From NCBI GenBank assembly GCA_016198185.1, contig JACQJD010000093.1, forward strand, positions 1 to 60,144: a stretch of 60,144 nucleotides of DNA, in the 5' to 3' direction. Below are positions 55,135 to 60,144 of the stretch, one piece after another (within the stretch, counting starts at the first letter, position 1; every line of letters begins with the position of its first letter). The notes beneath the pieces are model-generated. The model worked only from the letters and a program-made list of their open reading frames with translations. It had not been told where the DNA came from and made no database searches. Origin of the DNA: Deltaproteobacteria bacterium. Lineage in GTDB: Bacteria; Bdellovibrionota; JACOXK01; 2-02-FULL-40-11. A program made the position numbers and the translations under genes.

Positions 55135-56640
55135 ATGATTGCGTGTTTACACACAGGATGTTTGCATGGGTTAAATACTTATCTTATTAAAGTAGAGGTG
55201 GATTTGCAGCAGGGATTACCTGCTTTTCATGTGGTGGGGTTACCCGATGCCGCTTTGCGAGAATGTAAAGAACGGGTTCGGTCTGCATTTAAAAATTCTG
55301 GACTTGTTTTTCCGATGAAACGCATTACGGTGAATTTGGTTCCTGCTTCCTTACGAAAAGAAGGGTCTTTGTTCGATTTGGCCATTGCCTTTGCTCTCTG
55401 GATGGCGATGCAAAAAAGATCGACCGATCATTTTCGAGATTCTTTCTTTTTAGGAGAACTTTCTTTACGGGGAGAACTTCAAACCATTTCAGGTGTTCTT
55501 CCATTGGTGATTGCAGCCAAGCGTGCTGGTTTTAAGAAAGTATTTGTGCCCAAGATGAACGTCCATGAGGCATCTTTGGTGCCTGAGATTGAAATTTATC
55601 CTTTGGAAAATTTTGGTCAGTTAATTTCTCACGTTGTTGAGAATCAAAAAATGAAACCCTTTGAACGAAGTCAAGGCACTTCATTTTTTCAAGAAGAGGG
55701 AAATTTTCAAAGTATCAAAGGCCAGCGGTGGGCGAAAAAAGCATTAGAAGTTGCTGCGGCAGGGGGGCATCACTTGTTATTCATGGGGCCTCCGGGATGT
55801 GGGAAAACGGTCCTTGCCCAGAAATTACCGCTGCTTCTTCCACCGCTTACGTATGAAGAATCTTTGGAGATTACACAGATCTATTCCGTCATGGGATTAA
55901 CAGAGACCACTGCCCCCTTGATCTGTCGGCGGCCTTTTCGAAATCCGCATCATACGGCAACGCTTGCGGCCATGGCAGGGGGTGGCAAGGGGTTATTACC
56001 AGGCGAGCTTAGTCTTTCGCATCGTGGTGTTTTGTTTTTGGATGAGGCAACCGAGTTTCGAAGAGATGTCTTGGAGTTACTGAGAGAACCGCTGGAAGAG
56101 CGTAAGGTGAAATTGCGCAGAATTACGGGGATGAGTGATTTTCCCGCTCATTTTTTATTGGTGTTGGCTTTCAATCCTTGTCCTTGCGGAAATTTCAACC
56201 ATCCTAAAAAAAATTGCCAATGTGGGATTCAAGAAGTGGAGCGATACCAACGAAAGGTGTCGGGGCCTCTTTTAGATCGGATCGATCTTCATGTGCAATT
56301 ATCTCACGTGACACAAGAAGAGCGTGAACAAAAAAATGAGGATGATCTGCCAGCCATGCGGGAACGGATTTTACAAGCGAGAGAATCTCAACACCACCGT
56401 TTTTCAAATCCATTGAAACTAAATACGGATATCAAATTTCAAGAGATTGAATCTTTTTGTTCCTTAGATTCCCAGGGTCGATCTTTTTTAGATCGTGCGA
56501 TGGATAAGTTTGGACTGAGTTTGCGCAGTTTTCATAAAATTTTAAAAATTGCTCGAACCTTGGCGGATCTAGAGGGTGAACATAAAATTGAAGAAGGGCA
56601 CTTAAGCCAAGCCTTGCAATTTAGATATTTGGATCGGTGA
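55135..56640 (+). CDS. comM: YifB/ComM-family Mg-chelatase-like AAA+ ATPase
   Basis: The N-terminal Lon-like domain starts MIACLHTGCLHGLNTYLIKVEVDL. Walker A GPPGCGKT, GVLFLDE, and a Cys-rich insert CPCGN...CQC. The track start at 55078 is an extension. Confidence 0.85.
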   Translation: MIACLHTGCLHGLNTYLIKVEVDLQQGLPAFHVVGLPDAALRECKERVRSAFKNSGLVFPMKRITVNLVPASLRKEGSLFDLAIAFALWMAMQKRSTDHFRDSFFLGELSLRGELQTISGVLPLVIAAKRAGFKKVFVPKMNVHEASLVPEIEIYPLENFGQLISHVVENQKMKPFERSQGTSFFQEEGNFQSIKGQRWAKKALEVAAAGGHHLLFMGPPGCGKTVLAQKLPLLLPPLTYEESLEITQIYSVMGLTETTAPLICRRPFRNPHHTATLAAMAGGGKGLLPGELSLSHRGVLFLDEATEFRRDVLELLREPLEERKVKLRRITGMSDFPAHFLLVLAFNPCPCGNFNHPKKNCQCGIQEVERYQRKVSGPLLDRIDLHVQLSHVTQEEREQKNEDDLPAMRERILQARESQHHRFSNPLKLNTDIKFQEIESFCSLDSQGRSFLDRAMDKFGLSLRSFHKILKIARTLADLEGEHKIEEGHLSQALQFRYLDR

Positions 56641-56811
56641 GCTGACGGACATTCGTCAGGTATTCCTATTGACGGGAAGGTGATTGTTTCAGATGAATTA
56701 CATGGGGCTCATTGGCAACCCAAATTTCATGATCAACGGCACCATTTGTCTAAAGACAAACTCATTGAAGCCGCTGTTCGGTGTTTCAGAGAAGCAGGAT
56801 AAGAAAAATTC

Positions 56812-57498
56812 TTAATCTTGCTTATCTAGAGATGGCCCCTCACTTTTGGCCTTTTCACGAGCCCTTTCGAAAAGGTCACCGTTTTCTTTCATGCCACAGG
56901 TGAGATAATTAATGCTGTAGGTCGTTCCTTTTTGAAGAAGACCATGCTTGACGACATCTTTAAGATTGCGATCAATGTCATAAATAGAAGAATTTTTATT
57001 TTCTGAAGCATTGAGAACCGTTTCTACGACTTTGGTATTTAGAATAACGCCAATGCTATCGGTAAGATCAATCACAGAGCCTGTTTTTTGAGCAAATTCT
57101 GAAGAGGAGTGATTTGCTAAAATGTGGACATTTCCTTTAGCATCGCTCGATTGTAAACGAGCATTGAGATAGAGTTTGCTGTGTTCTAATTTTTCATCCG
57201 TTGGAGAATGAACGATGTCTACTAAAAGTTGATCATTGTTTTTAAGTGTCCAAGAAACAGTCCCAATGTAAAATGGCTCTCCTTGAGAGTTTTGTTTGCG
57301 CTCTAATGAAATATTGTCTTTAAACTCTAAATCTTCAACCTCAAAGAGATTGGTTTCGTTGCCGATGATGGTCGCATTTACCATGCACCAAGCTTTATCC
57401 ACTTGAAAATCAAAGGGGCTGCTTTGTTGATTCTCATCAGCATAAGAAAGTGCTGAGAAAAAAATGAACCCTAAATACATTATTTTTTTGAACATCAT
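56812..57498 (-). CDS. Hypothetical secreted protein
   Basis: 228-aa ORF. SD aggaggt lies before the ATG. Signal peptide ends SYA|DE. No motif recognised. Confidence 0.5.
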   Translation of the reverse strand: MMFKKIMYLGFIFFSALSYADENQQSSPFDFQVDKAWCMVNATIIGNETNLFEVEDLEFKDNISLERKQNSQGEPFYIGTVSWTLKNNDQLLVDIVHSPTDEKLEHSKLYLNARLQSSDAKGNVHILANHSSSEFAQKTGSVIDLTDSIGVILNTKVVETVLNASENKNSSIYDIDRNLKDVVKHGLLQKGTTYSINYLTCGMKENGDLFERAREKAKSEGPSLDKQD

Positions 57499-57648
57499 AT
57501 AGATACCTCCTAAGTATGCTGGAAATAAAATACCCGTTTTGAAGTCATGTCAACTTTTTTCTGGTCAGGTCTTAAAGAAACTTAGCAAAGGGCATTGATT
57601 GCGAATAACTTTATCTCCCCAGTAAAAATTACATTTTGATCATCGCTT

Positions 57649-57669
57649 ACACATTCAATTTGAATGTGT
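57649..57669. promoter_or_regulatory. Perfect 21-nt palindrome ACACATTCAA-T-TTGAATGTGT, a candidate operator
   Basis: Read directly. Lies in the divergent intergenic region, about 65 nt upstream of the likely start of the large 3'-terminal ORF. Confidence 0.3.
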
Positions 57670-57734
57670 TCGACGGAAATCTTTTGGCATTCATTTTGCT
57701 TATGCAACGTCATGAGACTGTGGGTAGGTGTTGT

Positions 57735-60144
57735 GTGCTTCGGGCGAAAATAAAATGGGTCATGTTTTTTGCATTCTGCAGTGGTCTGTTATTGCCTTCT
57801 GTCGATCTTTCTGCAAAGCCACCCTCGATCGAGGATCTTTTGCGACAAGTGAAGGGGCATCTAGACCAAATAGATCTCAGCGATCTATCGAGTGTCTCGC
57901 AACAAGATTTTGATGAAATTCGAAACATTGCCAGGTTGAGAGAGGTGTTTATCAGATCCTGGGCCCACCGTGAAGGGATCTTGCTTTCGAAAACAAAAGC
58001 CCAAAATGTATGGGAAGCCCTGATGACCTTTCACACCTATTGTAAAGAACATGAATTGCCTGAGTTGGCCAACCAGATTGCCGAAGCTTCTTTAAAGCTT
58101 CTTTCGGTGAAAAGCCTGGTGTTCCAGACCCTGATCCTTCTAAAAGAAAATGCTCCATTGTTTCGTGATGTTCACATCCGAGGTCTTCTTTCAAAAAATG
58201 ATGTTGTTACGCGTTTCTATCGCAATGGAGATATTGATTACATTGGCTATTTTAAGTTTCTCAAACAGCTGGCCTCTAAATATGATCCGAAGATAACGAC
58301 AGTAGAAAACGAATTTTATGAGCGAGCCAAGTTACAAGTGCAAGATTATCAAACCTATTCAGATATTTGGAATGAGCTCATTCGAGCCACGTCCATAGAG
58401 AATGGCCAATACCAACAAGGGCTTCAAGAGCTTATTCGGCATGGCCATTTTGGGCTCAAAGCCCAGCTTGGATATGTGTTGATGAAGTCAACTTCTGCGC
58501 GAATGGTTCGATCGATGGTGCATTTTTATTTTATGAGAGCTTTTACAGAAGTTTATGTTGGGCTTTATCATGGTGAAACAGATCGGTTGAAAGATTATTT
58601 GGGAATGCTTTTCAATGATCACATGATGCACGCCAATTTTATAACATTTTCGGTGGTGGCAGATCGTGTTCGACATGTCTTTCACCAGAGTTCTGTTTTT
58701 CATCGGTGGGGACTCCAGCATCCTTTATTGGCGCGTACGTGGTTAGATGCGGCGCCCTTATTTTCAGGTATGATGGTGAGCGATGCTATTTTTAATATGA
58801 TCAGCCACCCAAGGTTTAAAGAAGTGGGATGGCTGGTCCGTCAAGGAGAAATGACAGAAGCCCTTTTCTTGCTGAAAGATTTGGTTCACGAAGTGTGGTT
58901 TCGAAAATCGTTTTTAGTTCGTGCGTTGGCATCTACAGCCATTTTTACGGGATATGAGTTGGCTTTTCATTCCACGATGACCAGGAGCGCGCGTTCTCTC
59001 ACAACTTGGTTTTCTCGGTGGACTTCGCATCCCTTTGTCACCCGTGCTTCATTGAACCCAGGTGTTTCATTTTTGGTGGGTGTTTCCGCCTTTATTACCC
59101 ATGATTTGCTGATGGAAAAGTTAGAACCTACGTTGAATGCATGGGACTGGCAAGATCGCATTGCGGGGGCCGAAGTGTTGTTAAAAAAATCACTCCATGT
59201 TTTTGAGGGTCAACATGAATTATTCAGGCAGGCACAAAAAGAATTGGGGTTGGAAGATATTTCTTTAGAGGTATTTAAAGATTTGGCATTTCATCGAATG
59301 CTCATTTCTTTTCTATCTGAGGAAAGAGCAAAGTCTTCTGAGAATATTTTTTTCTTAAAACAACTGGAGCAAGATGTATATGAATTAAAACTTTTGGAAA
59401 TAACCAGAGACCTTCACACCAAAGAACTTTTGCAACGCCGCGTAGAAAAGGGCTGTCAAAATTTTTTAGCCATGTGTGCAGTATGGGATCGGTCTTTTGA
59501 ATTATCTTTGTATTTTGAGCTTTTGGAAGAAGCCTATGAGGGGGCCAGGGAAGCATTGTTTTATCCCCTCTATCAAAGGATTTGGAACTACGAACAAGAA
59601 TTTGAAATGCGTAAAGCAGAAATGATGCCTTTTTATACAGCTGAAACGCAAAGGCTGCAAAGTCGGGGCGATGTGGATCTTGCGTTTGTAACGGCCTCCC
59701 GTGCTCAATCTGCATTAATCTCTCTCAAAAAAAATATTTTTTCTCAGGAAGCAAGGAAAGTGCACCAGTTTTTGGATGAGCTTTCTTCCATGGATTGCCA
59801 AGCGCAAGACCTTTCTAACTTTAGGGCGGTTCAAGCCCTGCTTTCAAAAAAGAACGATGAACGATCCGGGATGGATATGGAGGTATTCGATTACCAATGG
59901 TTTTCATTATTTACGCAGCAACTCCATTTTTATTTAACATTATATGAAGGGACTGATTTTAGGATTTTGAAACAAGATCTTGAAATGATGGCAGTTCGAA
60001 CGTTGCTTTCATTTCAGCTCAAGCGATTTCAAATTGAAAGGACCAAAAGAGAAGGGCTTTTAGGTTGGCAACAGGATGAACTTACCCCAAATGAAACACA
60101 AGAACTGCAAGAATTATTGAAAGCGCTAGATCCAACCAGAAAAC
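57735..60144 (+). CDS. Large hypothetical protein, 5' portion only (runs off the window end). Absent from the supplied ORF track.
   Basis: Hand translation of the frame with codons starting at positions divisible by 3 shows no stop from 57609 to 60144. Candidate starts are ATG 57702, GTG 57735 (aggtg upstream) and ATG 57762. It begins with a signal-peptide-like stretch, LRAKIKWVMFFAFCSGLLLPSVDLSA. It is mostly helical, with hydrophobic segments. Confidence 0.6.
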   Translation, partial: MLRAKIKWVMFFAFCSGLLLPSVDLSAKPPSIEDLLRQVKGHLDQIDLSDLSSVSQQDFDEIRNIARLREVFIRSWAHREGILLSKTKAQNVWEALMTFHTYCKEHELPELANQIAEASLKLLSVKSLVFQTLILLKENAPLFRDVHIRGLLSKNDVVTRFYRNGDIDYIGYFKFLKQLASKYDPKITTVENEFYERAKLQVQDYQTYSDIWNELIRATSIENGQYQQGLQELIRHGHFGLKAQLGYVLMKSTSARMVRSMVHFYFMRAFTEVYVGLYHGETDRLKDYLGMLFNDHMMHANFITFSVVADRVRHVFHQSSVFHRWGLQHPLLARTWLDAAPLFSGMMVSDAIFNMISHPRFKEVGWLVRQGEMTEALFLLKDLVHEVWFRKSFLVRALASTAIFTGYELAFHSTMTRSARSLTTWFSRWTSHPFVTRASLNPGVSFLVGVSAFITHDLLMEKLEPTLNAWDWQDRIAGAEVLLKKSLHVFEGQHELFRQAQKELGLEDISLEVFKDLAFHRMLISFLSEERAKSSENIFFLKQLEQDVYELKLLEITRDLHTKELLQRRVEKGCQNFLAMCAVWDRSFELSLYFELLEEAYEGAREALFYPLYQRIWNYEQEFEMRKAEMMPFYTAETQRLQSRGDVDLAFVTASRAQSALISLKKNIFSQEARKVHQFLDELSSMDCQAQDLSNFRAVQALLSKKNDERSGMDMEVFDYQWFSLFTQQLHFYLTLYEGTDFRILKQDLEMMAVRTLLSFQLKRFQIERTKREGLLGWQQDELTPNETQELQELLKALDPTRK

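Noticed and set aside
56638-56640. TGA reassignment (genetic code 4 or 25) suggested by the open frame after the comM stop.
   Set aside because: All conserved genes in the window terminate at expected lengths with the standard code. TGA also ends several of them cleanly (for example coaX and the copper oxidase).
57560-57600. GGTCAGGTC followed by ...AGCAAAGGGCA considered as an SRP RNA domain IV.
   Set aside because: Only the first 9 nt match the conserved motif. There is no GNRA loop, no GGAAGCAGC strand and no foldable helix 8.
1-60144. CRISPR arrays, rRNA genes, prophage or IS elements, and known defence systems.
   Set aside because: I saw no regularly spaced direct repeats. No rRNA signatures and no integrase, transposase, recombinase, capsid or terminase-like ORFs appear among the translated ORFs. 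None of the CDSs shows restriction-modification, Cas, abortive-infection or toxin-antitoxin pair architecture; the single Fic gene has no partner.
382-60144. The numerous 60-146-aa track ORFs lying antisense to or out of frame within larger conserved genes (for example 6884-7216, 9298-9688, 17373-17765, 22279-22719, 37406-37846 and 40344-40732).
   Set aside because: Each is fully embedded in a gene with clear family motifs and has biased Arg/Cys/Trp-rich or low-complexity composition with no motif. They are treated as shadow ORFs.

Overview
By eye this is an AT-rich chromosomal window from a diderm (Gram-negative) bacterium. Supporting that call are a TolQ-TolR-TolA-TolB cluster, lipoproteins, outer-membrane barrel proteins and sigma-54 machinery; the lineage cannot be named from sequence alone. 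I support about 55 protein genes, mostly housekeeping. They include ferredoxin, birA-coaX, ilvC, rplM-rpsI, truA, asd, pssA-psd, rarA, nadK, yggS, metH, ctpA, prs, oppDF and comM/yifB. There is one tRNA-Phe. I found no rRNA, no CRISPR array, and no transposase, integrase or phage genes.

Accessory-looking content:
- a class-II Fic gene
- a multicopper oxidase fused to a CopB-like barrel
- several secreted peptidases (two S41, one S8, one M23, one papain-like)
- three large orphan secreted proteins; one runs off the 3' edge and is missing from the supplied ORF track

The most unusual signal is non-coding. It is a two-copy structured element at 5258-5504 and 23559-23732. A 117-nt core is about 95% identical between the copies. 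Each copy is clamped by a 28-bp terminal stem whose middle 15 bp differ at 7 positions between copies, and every difference is compensated on the opposite arm. One copy also carries a 73-nt module containing a GNRA-capped hairpin.

Other structures:
- two further very long hairpins, at 31351-31429 and 33200-33288
- an inverted pair of perfect DnaA boxes that forms a terminator-like hairpin
- a consensus sigma-54 promoter
- an anti-SD/SD hairpin
- several perfect palindromes in AT-rich promoter regions

All functional interpretations of these elements are inference. No homology search, folding program or statistic was run.
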